Positions 53,916-64,000 of a stretch of 64,000 bases of DNA are shown piece after piece. The notes under the pieces are model-generated. The model did not search any database, was not told the DNA's origin, and worked only from the letters and a program-made list of their open reading frames with translations. Position 1 is the stretch's first letter. Each line of letters starts with the position of its first letter. The translations under genes and the position numbers were made by a program. This DNA comes from Williopsis jadinii (lineage: Eukaryota): assembly GCA_024346625.1 (NCBI GenBank), contig AP024664.1:558001-622000 (forward strand), read 5' to 3'.

Positions 53916-55581
53916 TTAGAGCTCATCGTGAACAGTTACTTTCTCATCCTTGTTAACTTCCGAATAGGTTTCATCTGTAGTTTCCTCTTCATGGGGAGAT
54001 GGTGAGACATTGGATTCAACGTTATCACTTTCAGTCATGAGTTCATTCCCATCAGTTGCATCTTGATGAGTTGATTCAAGCACGAAACTTGAGGATGTTG
54101 TGGTTTCAATAGTCTCAGTTAAAAGACTACCAGTAGACATTGACGTAGATACCAATGAATTTTCAGCAGAATCAGTTTCCGAATTGTCACTAATGGAACC
54201 TTGTTCAGTAGATTTCACATCGGAAGAATCGAAGCCAGCGTAAGAGCTTGGTGTACCACTTCCTTCAGCTATCATGGTTTCGACTGTTTCCATTATGGAG
54301 TCTTCTTCAGTAGTGTCAACTTCCAAATCTCCAAAAGAAGAATCAACTAACGACAACTCAGAACTCTGTTCGTAGTCGGTTTTGAATTCCTCACTCGCAA
54401 TCTCTTCTTCACTTGAGGTTTGCTGAAGGCTTTGAGTATTGATATTATCTTCTGTAATGGAGCTAGCAAATGAACCTTCAACAATTTCCGTGGAAATATC
54501 AAAGGCACTTTGGTCTGCTTCTTGTGGTTCAATTGCAATGTCAGATAACTCCTGGTATTCAAACTGAGAGCTGGAAACAGAATTCGAATGAGTACTGTTT
54601 AGCTCTGTAACATCTGCGGTACCCATTGGAACATCCTCACCAGTGGTATCTTTCTTGAATGATACGTCGGACAATTTGCCATCAAGACTTTTAGCAAGTG
54701 GACTTTCAAAAACTGGATCGGTAACCTTATCAGTTGGAAGAGTTGTGTTACTGATTTCAATATCAACAGATGCATGACTATATGCCTCGTTCAGTGCTGA
54801 TGATTCTGGTGATGAAGGTTCTTGAAGTTTAGTACGAACAGAGCTATCCGCATCTGTGTGATGATCATCTTCATCTTCATCTTCATCCTCATCTTCTTCT
54901 TCCTCTTCATCCTCATCCTCTTCGTCCCCCTCGTCCTCATCATCCTCTTCATCCTCATCATCCTCTTCATCCTCTTCATCCTCTTCACCATTTTCATTAT
55001 CCTCTTGCTCATCTTCTTCGAGTGATTCATGGTCAGTGACATCAATATGAGGTTGTGTTGCACTTAGGGCGAGGTCGGTCTCCTTCGAGAATTCATCATT
55101 GACTTCAGCTGGTGCGTGTTCATGACCTACAGATGCATCTAGTGCGCCAGGCTTTCCTGTTGAGGACTCATGCTCACCATCAGTTATCTCCTCCTGTGAA
55201 CCCAACACCTCACTGTCAACTGCTGTTGTTTCCGGAGCCTTTCTTGACATAGATTCAAAAGCGATATGAGTTTGGTATTTTCTCCAATCATCATCTTCTT
55301 CTTCTTGTTGCTGGTTGTTACCAACGTTGGAAAGGTCGACAGGAGCTTCCTCTTCATTATCAAACTCAAAGGAGCCTCTAGTTCCACCAACTTGTGTGTC
55401 CTCTGGATGAACATCCAAAGAGGTCGAATGTGTGTTTTCTTCATTAGACAAATTTGTATCTGTGGATCTCTCTCTTGTTGTCTCTTCGGAAGGGTATGTC
55501 TCCTCATTTTTGGTCACCGCTTTGTTGACCTCCTCTTCTCCTTCATCATCTTCTTCATCTTCATCTTCCTCCTCTGTTTCT

Positions 55582-55613
<32 letters not shown>

Positions 55614-57887
55614 TTCTTCCTCTTCTTCCTCTTCTTCCTCTTCTTCCTCTTCTTCCTTTTCTTCGCCCTTACCGTCAATCTCCTTTCTAGTAGTAGTTTC
55701 AGTGGTTGCTCTAAGCTCTTCTTGAGATTCTTCTTCGACTTCGCCTTTCACTTTGACCTCTGACTCTTCTTCTTGAGAATGTTCTACTGTGCTAACATCT
55801 GCCTCAGCATATTTTTCAATTTGAACCTCCGTATGATCTGACGTTCCTTCTGGCTCCCTAGTAACATCCTTTTCAGTTCCCACGCTTATAACTGTTTCTG
55901 GCTCTTCCTCAGGCCCTTCTTCAGTTTCACTAGGGATGGTATCTTCTTCTCTTCCTTCACTATCTTCTTGTGCTTCTTGTTCTTCGTCTTCATCTGCTTC
56001 TTCTCCATCTTTTTCAACTTCCTTCTGATCTTCCGCTGTCTTGTCCTCTTCTGTCTTTTCCTCCTGCTCTACATCTGTAGAATCATCTGAAAGTTGCTGC
56101 TCTTCCCTCTTTGTAAGGATTTCATCTGTATCGTCCAATGATGTATGCTCCAGAACAACATCATCAAGGGAGGCAGTACTAAGAGTTGGCTCATTCTTTT
56201 CAACAACATGTGACCCACTGAGTTTGTCTGGTGAGTTTGAGGAACTAGTCTCAACTTCAACAGACGGCTCAGTCACTTTCGTTTTACGTTTAGTTTCGCC
56301 TTCTGGATTTGCCTGTACAACAGAATGACTTGCAATTGAACTCTTCTCAAAGCTTGAAGACAAAGTATCGACGTCAGAAGTTGTAGTTGTTGATTCAGTC
56401 TTAGTTAACGCTGTGGGTTCTGAAGTGACCAACACAGTTGACGTTATTGGTTCAACAGGGATAGATTTTTCACTTGTGTCGATGTTTACATCAGACTGTG
56501 ATGAAGCAGACTTGGTTTTTTTGATATTTTTGGTCTTTGTTTTCTTCTTCTTTCTCTTCTTGACGGTTGAATCACCAATCAAAGTTTTTGGTCCTGGTTC
56601 TGAAGTTAGAGTAACTGTTGATTCTATGGACACAGCTGCGACTGATTCGGCTATTTCATCTTCATAAATGTGTTCTGGAGCAGTTGATGTGAGCACAGGA
56701 GCAATAGAACTGGTGATGCTAGATTGTGTAGTTTGTGTCTTTTGAATCAAGGTGAAGTACTCCAACAGTTCATTGTCGTTTGAGCCTGTAGCATAGTACA
56801 AAAACCATGCACCAGAAGCAAAGACACAAAACAACGCCAATTGAAACAGTCTCAAGAAGAAGTAGTAGATTCTATGGGTCTCAATTCCTAATTTATCAGG
56901 AATCTCCAGGACCTTAATGGTCTTTGCAGCTGAAACGGTAGCCAAGAATTTCCCGTTTGGAGTGAAACAAACTTTTGTAATACTCAACCCATGAACGTTT
57001 GGAACGATCTTTATAGTCTTTAAACTTTGGCTCTTCAACAATATGACAGAATTTTCATTACCAGCCAATGCTATGACACCGTTCTTAACGTTAATATCAA
57101 TGGTGGTGATTCCTTTGATTTTCTTGGTAATGACTCTGTCTTTAACCACTTTCAACTTCTTTCTGATGGACAGTCTTGAGATCCCAACGCCGGATGACTC
57201 TGGAAGACTATACGTAACCAACACGTTGTTGTTATCTTGAAACTTGACCTTTGAAAGTGTTCCCTGGAAGTCGGTTTTTCTCATCAAGGACTTACCAGTG
57301 ACAGAAGAGATGATCTCAAGCGTAGTTGGAGTGATATATGTTAGCATTTTACCATCTGGTGAAAAGTCCATATCCTTAACCTCGTTGTTTGTCTCAATCT
57401 CATACTTTTCAAACACCTTCTCCGTTGAAAGGATATGAATCACTGTCGGCAACTTTGAGGTGGCAGTGGCCGCCATAACACCATCCTCCGAGAGCGTAAT
57501 GAGCTTCTGATATTGCAACGGAGTTGCGATCGGTTCCAACGATGCAGATGTGAGATAGACCAAGTGGTCATTCCTGTAAACAAATTTCCTCAAGTTGTGG
57601 TTATGGCCTGCCCTTATAGCCTCAGCGCTTTCATTGGCACCAAGAAAAATCAGATTATTGGCAGCATCCAACACGTAGGGGATATCATCCTCTTCGCTCA
57701 ATTTCAACTCACGAAACTTCTTGATCTTCTTCTTCTTCTCAAACTGGATCGTTAGCGCCGTCAACCTGTTGACAGTAGCACCCGGCTCCGAATGTCCACC
57801 ACCGGTAACCAACAACGTCTTATCGTTGAGGAACTTGGCATCAAACACCGGATAGCCAATGTCATATTCCGCTGTGTTGAATTTCAT
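53916..57887 (-). CDS. SEC12: Sar1 GEF Sec12/Sed4 family: WD40 propeller, TM, long acidic luminal tail, HDEL
   Basis: IGYPVF..TGGG K-loop region, VKDMDFSPDGK, VHGLSITKVCF, a single TM near aa 345-365 and C-terminal HDEL. Confidence 0.88.
55585..55657 (-). repeat. (GAG/GAA) repeat encoding a long poly-Glu tract in SEC12
   Basis: (TCTTCCTCT)n on the + strand; a second Asp/Glu tract lies at about 54865-55020. Confidence 0.9.
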
Positions 57888-58680
57888 GGGTCCACAGTAG
57901 AGTCAAATTAGATCAATTGATGGATATTAATAAATGCTCTTGTCGTTGTTGTTGCTGTTGTTGTTGTCGTCGTCGTTCCCTTCGTTGGCTCGACCGTTGA
58001 CTGCTGAATTTGTGGTTGATTTAGTGCGCCTACCATATTCAATGAGGTCAACGCTCTCACTGTTGTCCGTCCTGTGTTTAAAACTGGGGGACCATCTCTG
58101 GGGAGAATCATCGTCTCGACCTAGGTCTCAAACGTTGATGATCATCCTGTGTCCAAGGGACAAACTCGTAAAAAATGTCTTACAATGTGAATTAGTACGG
58201 AAGTTAGCCAGGGATGAAGTTATCGTATGGTTAAGATTGATCTGATATAATGTGATTTCTGTAGATGATCATTGATGTGATCTTGCGAAATTATCTCCCT
58301 CCTCAAAGGCAGTAATTTTTTGTGTCAAATTATCAAAACACCGGTGAGGTTACACAAGTCCGTATAAAGCGGACAAGGGACAAGACACAACTGACAGGGG
58401 ACGAGACACAGCGGACATGAGACAACGGACAACATACAACAGATAATGGACAAAATATAGACTCCTTTCTACAGCAAGCTAAATAGCAAAATCCCCTGTT
58501 TATATATCGATCCAAATCATAAAGTCGTTAAAGCAAATCATAACTAAAAAAGCTTGATATCGTATGTAGATAACGTCCACAACTTTCATCCCAAATTATT
58601 TATATTAATGTGTAGTATTCACATACCGCCTCCTCCCGCCGTAAAATGATCCAAGACAACTATGCCTTGGTCAGAGGTCC

Positions 58681-59250
58681 TCATTGCAACACTTTCTTCT
58701 CTTCAAACTTGATAGCAACGCTGCCTCTTCTGTGATGATGTCTCCAGCAGCTGCCTTCGTCTAGACACACAGATGACTCTCTCGAGTGCGTACAGTTACT
58801 AACCAATGAGTTCTTCCTCGAACCGTTCATGGTATAGTATGGGGTATCATCCTTACGCAGCTGAACACCCTTCTCCAGGGGACTCCCAACGCTTGCACTC
58901 GTGGCCTTCTGATCCCTGGCTGAATCCAACGACAACGTTCTGTTGTGCTTCAACAGAGGCATACTGCTGCTCCTCAGAATCGATGGTCTCTCTAGAGGAT
59001 CAACTCCACTGCGGTCGCACTCATGGGCATCCAGCTCTTCAACCTCTTCAAGCCCAGAGAAAGGCATCAGATCACAGACTGCGCTGCTCAATGGGTCATC
59101 AAAAGTGCATTTGTCATAGTCGTACTGGTGTAGTCGAGCGTGCACCGGTCTGTTTGGTAGATACGAGGACTCATAGTGGATCTCAAACTTGTGTGGCTTC
59201 ACAATCGTCCCTGTGGAGTAGTGTCTAAGAGATGCTGTGCCTGTTTCCAT
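58681..59250 (-). CDS. Uncharacterised 189-aa Ser-rich protein with C-terminal HHHRRGSVAIKF motif
   Basis: ATG start with a TATA-like element upstream, coding-like composition and PKA-type RRGS/RKNS sites. Confidence 0.65.
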   Translation of the reverse strand: METGTASLRHYSTGTIVKPHKFEIHYESSYLPNRPVHARLHQYDYDKCTFDDPLSSAVCDLMPFSGLEEVEELDAHECDRSGVDPLERPSILRSSSMPLLKHNRTLSLDSARDQKATSASVGSPLEKGVQLRKDDTPYYTMNGSRKNSLVSNCTHSRESSVCLDEGSCWRHHHRRGSVAIKFEEKKVLQ

Positions 59251-60340
59251 TCTTGTTATAGTTATGTGTTGAAGTGTAGGGCACTATATCACACACACCT
59301 CCCCTCTTACAATATGGAACTAGTCCATAAACGGATTTATACACTTATATATACACCCCCCTTTTTACACCAAATCCCTCCCTCCACATACCACACACAG
59401 CTGAACGGTGCACACACAACGCCCAACACTTTCTGGAGTGTACATGAAGTACGCTCATCAGCCACTGTAAACGCTGTGACCTATGCGTGTTCTTGTGCTT
59501 GTGTGCCAACCATTTGCATTCCCCAGGAAACACACAAGCATTGTGCCACCCCTGTTAAACACGGCTCACCTCTGGTGGAACTAAAACAGCGCCCTCCTGC
59601 TTACACAACCGTGCATTCGCGGTTGTCCCCAAACTCTGTGTGGTACGATGAGGTGATCTTGTTTGTACGCCTCTTGCATAGAACTGGCGTGAACATTGAA
59701 GCAGTCAAACGACACATCCATGCCAATGAGATCATTTTCGGGACGAGCAAACAGTGCAATTATATCATGGGGGACGAATCCCGTTGTGAAGCGACAAATG
59801 GTGCATCTCCACCAATCTGCTGTGCGAAAGGGACGTACTGCCTCTCCTTTCTTCTTTGCTTCTTTGCTCATTTGCTTCTTTCCTTGTTAGAGAGGTCTAT
59901 CTACCACATGTGGCCCATGGCCATGCTGTAAGAGTAAGTTGCCAGTGTTGCACCCACACACAGTTCCCGTGTGGTCTTGTGTCTTGTGTCTTGTGTCTTG
60001 TTGCCGTAACCGTTAGCAAAGACAAGCATTTGTTGGCGGCACCAGCCTTGAGTTGATCCGAACGCAGCTTAATTACGTGTAAGCTTAGGTCCAGACCAAA
60101 TTACCACCACCTGACCAAGAGAAACGATGCAAATGAAGACAGAGAAGACACGAAGGACTTGTCCGCTGTGCTTATCGGATAAATATAGAAACTACCCCTG
60201 CTACATGTCCTTCGCAGTATCGTCTGAGGCATGTGTTTTGTTACATGCGTGTTGTGCGTGTTTATTTTTTGTTTCTATGTCATCTCTGAGGATGGGACAG
60301 CGATGAGAGGTGAAGCCCTCCTATGTACAGTGAGAGGTGA

Positions 60341-62596
60341 TCATCTTCTATTCTTCTTCTTCTCTAAGGATGCAATGTGAGCTTCGCTCTGATCCACTTG
60401 CGTGTGGTGGTGATTGGAAGCTCTATGGTACATAGGTCTGGTGATTCCAGAGCCATCGTAGTGGTTCTCAACAGTACACATATCAATGCTCTGGACCCAT
60501 GCGTCGGCCATAACATCATCGATCGAGGCTCTACAAGCAGGCGCAAGATCAACCATCCTACCAATGACATTTCTTGTGTGTCCCGGTAAGGCTTGTAGTA
60601 GACGTGCTTCTCCAATGAGGTTGCTCGTATGCATCGATGCGCTTTCCTGTTGTGGTTCCGATGACGTAGCATTCGATTGGTCTTCTGAGACTGGTGGAGG
60701 GAGATTCCCAGCTGCTTCTTTCGCCTTGCCCACTTCCACGCCGTTATCCTCAGTCTCAGTGGTTTCGCTTAGCACAGGCGTGGCATCACTGGCGTTCCCT
60801 TCATCTGAAATGGTCTGTGCCGTGAAGGCCTTGGTCAAGTTAGACAGCCCACTAGGCTTACCAATGGTCAAAGGCTCATCGATAGGAGGCGGAGGTGGCG
60901 TTCTAGTGAGCAGTGCACTGAGAGAATCACAGTCTCTACCAGAACAAAACATCTTGAAACTGTTGTCGCTCAATTTTGGAACCTTCCATGGGAACTTCTT
61001 CAGCGTCATACAGCAGTATATCATTGCCACTGACCATATATCGACTGGTCTCGGATCGTATTTGGAGAATACAAGCGTCTCAGGGGATAGATAAGGATCT
61101 GAGCCGACAATGCCACTAGCCTCTATCAAAGTCTGTGAGAATGGGTATGAAAACACAACGGCTGACCCAAAGTCTATGATCTTAACTATACCATGGGCAT
61201 TAACAACACAGTTATCCAGCTTCAGATCACGATGCGCAAGCCCCATATGGTGTAAGTACTGTATACCCGTGAGGATCTGCTTGAAGCAACAATCAACCTC
61301 CTCCGTTGACATCTTGTTTGACATTACAAGGGCAAAAAGGTCATAGTCACAGTACTCCAACACTTGTAGGATACGGTCGTTCTCATACGCAATCTCAACA
61401 GTCTCAATAATATTTGGATGTCTCAGTGTAGAGCCAATACAGTACTCACCTGTGATCTTCTTAGCATATTCACGTCTGGTTTCATTCTGAGTCCTTGGTC
61501 TGAACTCCTTCACTGCAAAGACAACGTTATCGCTCAGCCTCTTAACAAGTCTCACAGAGCCACCGGCACCAGCACCTAAGCTCTCGCCGAATTTGCTATA
61601 TCTCTTCGAGAATGGTAACTGCTGTGGAGTTGTGTAGGCAGAGACGTTGTTGCTATACGACGAAGACACAGAGCCGGACCGTTCACGGGTGCTGCTTCCA
61701 ACGTAAGAGTGGGATGGTGAAGATAAGAAAGACGGCTGGCTGTTCAAAGGAGAATGCGCTCCGCCATTGGTTGACGATTTCCTAAAGAAACGCTTGAGAT
61801 CCGCCATAGAGCTATGTCTTGACTGAGAATAGCGGGATTCCATAGACGACGACGATGACGGTGAACCCGTGACAACCTCGCCACCACCAACGCTATTGCC
61901 GTTATTCGATGGCACAGAGGACATCCCGGTGTTGTTGTAGAAGGAACCCAGGTCCATCTGCGAACCCTTCCTTGACTTTGCAAAGAACCCACCTTGCGAA
62001 CCGTGGGATTTCGACAAGCTCTGTTGCTGCGCAGCAGCAACTTTATGCTTCGACACGATGAATCGAGGCTCAATGTGTGCAGTGTTCACGGACGGTGAAG
62101 TTATGTTTGTCGATTCAATCATGGACACATTTGAAGGTAGCCCAGAATGGCGTGGTGCCGACATCGATAACTCAGTTGTCGGGTTTGAGTTCGGCACAGA
62201 GAACGGGATGCTGAAGCTGTTTGAGTAGGAGCTCTGATGCGACTGCTGTTGGTGTAGCATCGACGCAGAAGGTTGTCTATGTATCGACGTGGACATCGGG
62301 GCCCTTATAGGAGGCGCCATGCCTCCATTGCCATGGAAGCTGCGGCCATAGCTGCTGGTGTCGATGGCGATCGGGCTTCTCTGGTTGTACGAGGAGGCGG
62401 ACGTCTCGTTCGCGTAGTAGTCCACTGGACTGATGACCTCATCGTGGGTCTGTGTGATGGAGACTCCTTCTATGGACACTGCATTGGTGAGCTCAGAGTC
62501 CTCCTCGGCCAGCGACACGGAAAGATTCGACTTTCGGCTCGACGCTTTGGCGTCGTTCGGCTGCTTCTGTTGTAAGAGCTTTGTTAGTGAAGACAT
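60341..62596 (-). CDS. NPR1: Ser/Thr kinase Npr1 (nitrogen permease reactivator; NPR/HAL family)
   Basis: LGAGAGGSV, AVKEFR, EYCIGSTL, HRDLKLDN, DFG, GIVGSDPY and HTQVDQSEAHIA motifs; Ser-rich N-terminus. Confidence 0.9.
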   Translation of the reverse strand: MSSLTKLLQQKQPNDAKASSRKSNLSVSLAEEDSELTNAVSIEGVSITQTHDEVISPVDYYANETSASSYNQRSPIAIDTSSYGRSFHGNGGMAPPIRAPMSTSIHRQPSASMLHQQQSHQSSYSNSFSIPFSVPNSNPTTELSMSAPRHSGLPSNVSMIESTNITSPSVNTAHIEPRFIVSKHKVAAAQQQSLSKSHGSQGGFFAKSRKGSQMDLGSFYNNTGMSSVPSNNGNSVGGGEVVTGSPSSSSSMESRYSQSRHSSMADLKRFFRKSSTNGGAHSPLNSQPSFLSSPSHSYVGSSTRERSGSVSSSYSNNVSAYTTPQQLPFSKRYSKFGESLGAGAGGSVRLVKRLSDNVVFAVKEFRPRTQNETRREYAKKITGEYCIGSTLRHPNIIETVEIAYENDRILQVLEYCDYDLFALVMSNKMSTEEVDCCFKQILTGIQYLHHMGLAHRDLKLDNCVVNAHGIVKIIDFGSAVVFSYPFSQTLIEASGIVGSDPYLSPETLVFSKYDPRPVDIWSVAMIYCCMTLKKFPWKVPKLSDNSFKMFCSGRDCDSLSALLTRTPPPPPIDEPLTIGKPSGLSNLTKAFTAQTISDEGNASDATPVLSETTETEDNGVEVGKAKEAAGNLPPPVSEDQSNATSSEPQQESASMHTSNLIGEARLLQALPGHTRNVIGRMVDLAPACRASIDDVMADAWVQSIDMCTVENHYDGSGITRPMYHRASNHHHTQVDQSEAHIASLEKKKNRR

Positions 62597-62946
62597 GGAT
62601 GACGGCGTTTGCTGTTGGTGCGTGTCTCGTCAAGATGGCTCGTGCTGGTGGAAGGAGAGTCAGTATCGACAACTCTTAGTGAAGCGTGGGTATCAAAGAC
62701 GCAAAATGCACACAGCTTGTCGCTAATGGGACAAGGACAAGGACAAGAAGAAAAAAATAAGAATAAAAGACAAACAAGACAAATCAGACAGACAACCGGT
62801 TTATCAAACCCGTTTGAAGAACCCGCCAATCTGGGACTATCTGCCATTTTAGAGTACACCGCACGCATTGGACATTTGGCGGCGCGATTCCGTGCAAAAC
62901 GATGTGATTGGCCGATAAACTCGCAGCTGCTGCAGTGATAAAAGGC

Positions 62947-62959
62947 GGTGTCTGGGTGT
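62947..62959 (-). promoter_or_regulatory. Rap1-type site upstream of NPR1
   Basis: The minus strand reads ACACCCAGACACC. Confidence 0.55.
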
Positions 62960-63189
62960 TTTGTCCTCCTTGAGCATAGGTGCCGATATTACCTAATCAG
63001 GAACGCCTACGCGGGACTCGGGACTCGGGACTCGATGGCTGTCTCTCTACTTCTCTTTATATATATATAGCTCTGTGGGTGGGTGTTGGTGGACTTTGTA
63101 TGCGTAGAAGCTGGTGTGTTGATCTGCTATATACCTACCACTACAGTCCTGGTTAGCAAACAATGGCGTAACACTCGCAAACGACGGCA

Positions 63190-64000
63190 TCACGTCTTTC
63201 GCTTGCCTTTGCGTGTAGCTTTCCCCGTGGGTTTAGCTGAAGAGGTTGAGACCGCAACAGTTGGCTCCGTCTGGGGATCAATATGCTCATCCGGGAATAG
63301 CTGTTCCCTCGAGGATTCACTGATACCAACTTTGTTATCGGTGTTGTAGGGAATTTCAGGTACACCTGTGCGCTTATCACTGGAGCTGACAGATTTTGCA
63401 GCCTTCTTTGCATCCTTCTTGGTGGTTGTAGCCTTACCATTTTGCTTCTTTTCTTTGTTCTTCTCCTTCTTCTTCTCTTTGGCTTCCTCACGTTTACGCT
63501 GTATTGCGCTCTCCTTCTCAACTTTGGCAATTGCAGCCTCCGTGTTGTCGTACAGCTTCTTCTGTAACTCCTCGTCCTTCAGCTCTGGTCTTGCCGGTTC
63601 GTACAGCTCACAATTGGCAATGAACTTACCACCGTCTGCGTCGATGAGATCAGGACACATGAGCGCATAGAAGTAGGACTGTGCACCTTGTCTTGTGCTC
63701 TTCAAGAAGATCCATAGAATAGGCCAAAATACCAGGTACAGCAGTAAACCAATCAGAGAGCCAAAACTCAATACACGCTTCGTACTAGGTGATCTCATCA
63801 ACCCTGGGTTGACAACGTTGACCCTAACGTTACACGGATACCCATCCTTTCGAGGGATCGCCTGGAGTCTCCTTTGGAACTCTTTGGCAAACATACTCAA
63901 CTGTAGCTTTGATGTGCCAAACACTTTCCACGGCGAATTCTTTGTATATCTCTGTTTCAAGAAGAGAGGATCATCAACGTCAATCTTCCCCATGGCCTGT
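63190..64000 (-). CDS. PBR1: C-terminal part of an ER short-chain dehydrogenase/reductase-like protein (Pbr1/YNL181W-like); 5' end lies outside the window
   Basis: FGTSKL, VNPGLMRS, a TM hairpin and LKSTRQGAQS; neighbours NPR1 as in S. cerevisiae. Confidence 0.78.
   Translation of the reverse strand, partial: QAMGKIDVDDPLFLKQRYTKNSPWKVFGTSKLQLSMFAKEFQRRLQAIPRKDGYPCNVRVNVVNPGLMRSPSTKRVLSFGSLIGLLLYLVFWPILWIFLKSTRQGAQSYFYALMCPDLIDADGGKFIANCELYEPARPELKDEELQKKLYDNTEAAIAKVEKESAIQRKREEAKEKKKEKNKEKKQNGKATTTKKDAKKAAKSVSSSDKRTGVPEIPYNTDNKVGISESSREQLFPDEHIDPQTEPTVAVSTSSAKPTGKATRKGKRKT

Noticed and set aside
62947..62959. Telomere-like 13-mer as a possible telomerase RNA template
   Set aside because: The intergenic space is only about 600 bp and is the NPR1 promoter; a Rap1 site is the simpler explanation.

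Overview
Eukaryotic DNA from a budding yeast (Saccharomycotina). CTG encodes a conserved Leu (e.g. Ilv3 ALLTDGRF), so the genetic code is standard. Short GTRAGY..CTAAC..YAG introns and a single long SEC12/SED4-type gene suggest a pre-whole-genome-duplication species, possibly Cyberlindnera/Wickerhamomyces-like (inference). The window holds about 24 protein genes: TAO3, MRPS35, ILV3, ELP2, a GH47 mannosidase, PMT2, MED20, PHO84, an AGP2-like permease, AIM39, a GFD1-like gene, ILV5, RPS1, PRX1, RME1, a LAC12-like sugar porter, SEC20, TIM23, DUS2, an MSB1-like gene, SEC12/SED4, one unknown ORF, NPR1 and a partial PBR1. Three genes (ILV3, MED20, RME1) need spliced first exons that the ORF track misses. 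I found no tRNA, rRNA, CRISPR array or intact transposon, and no clearly new multi-gene system. The most notable signals are regulatory. RME1 has an a1-alpha2 operator with an adjacent Mcm1-like box, an intron containing an in-frame alternative ATG, and a 3.9-kb AT-rich gene-free upstream region. PRX1 has a Cbf1 plus Met31/32 module. Tandem Rap1/telomere-like arrays occur in several promoters. The 3.2-kb PHO84 upstream region carries minisatellites. A possible decayed Mutator-like transposase lies at the left edge. All gene calls come from recalled family motifs, not database searches.
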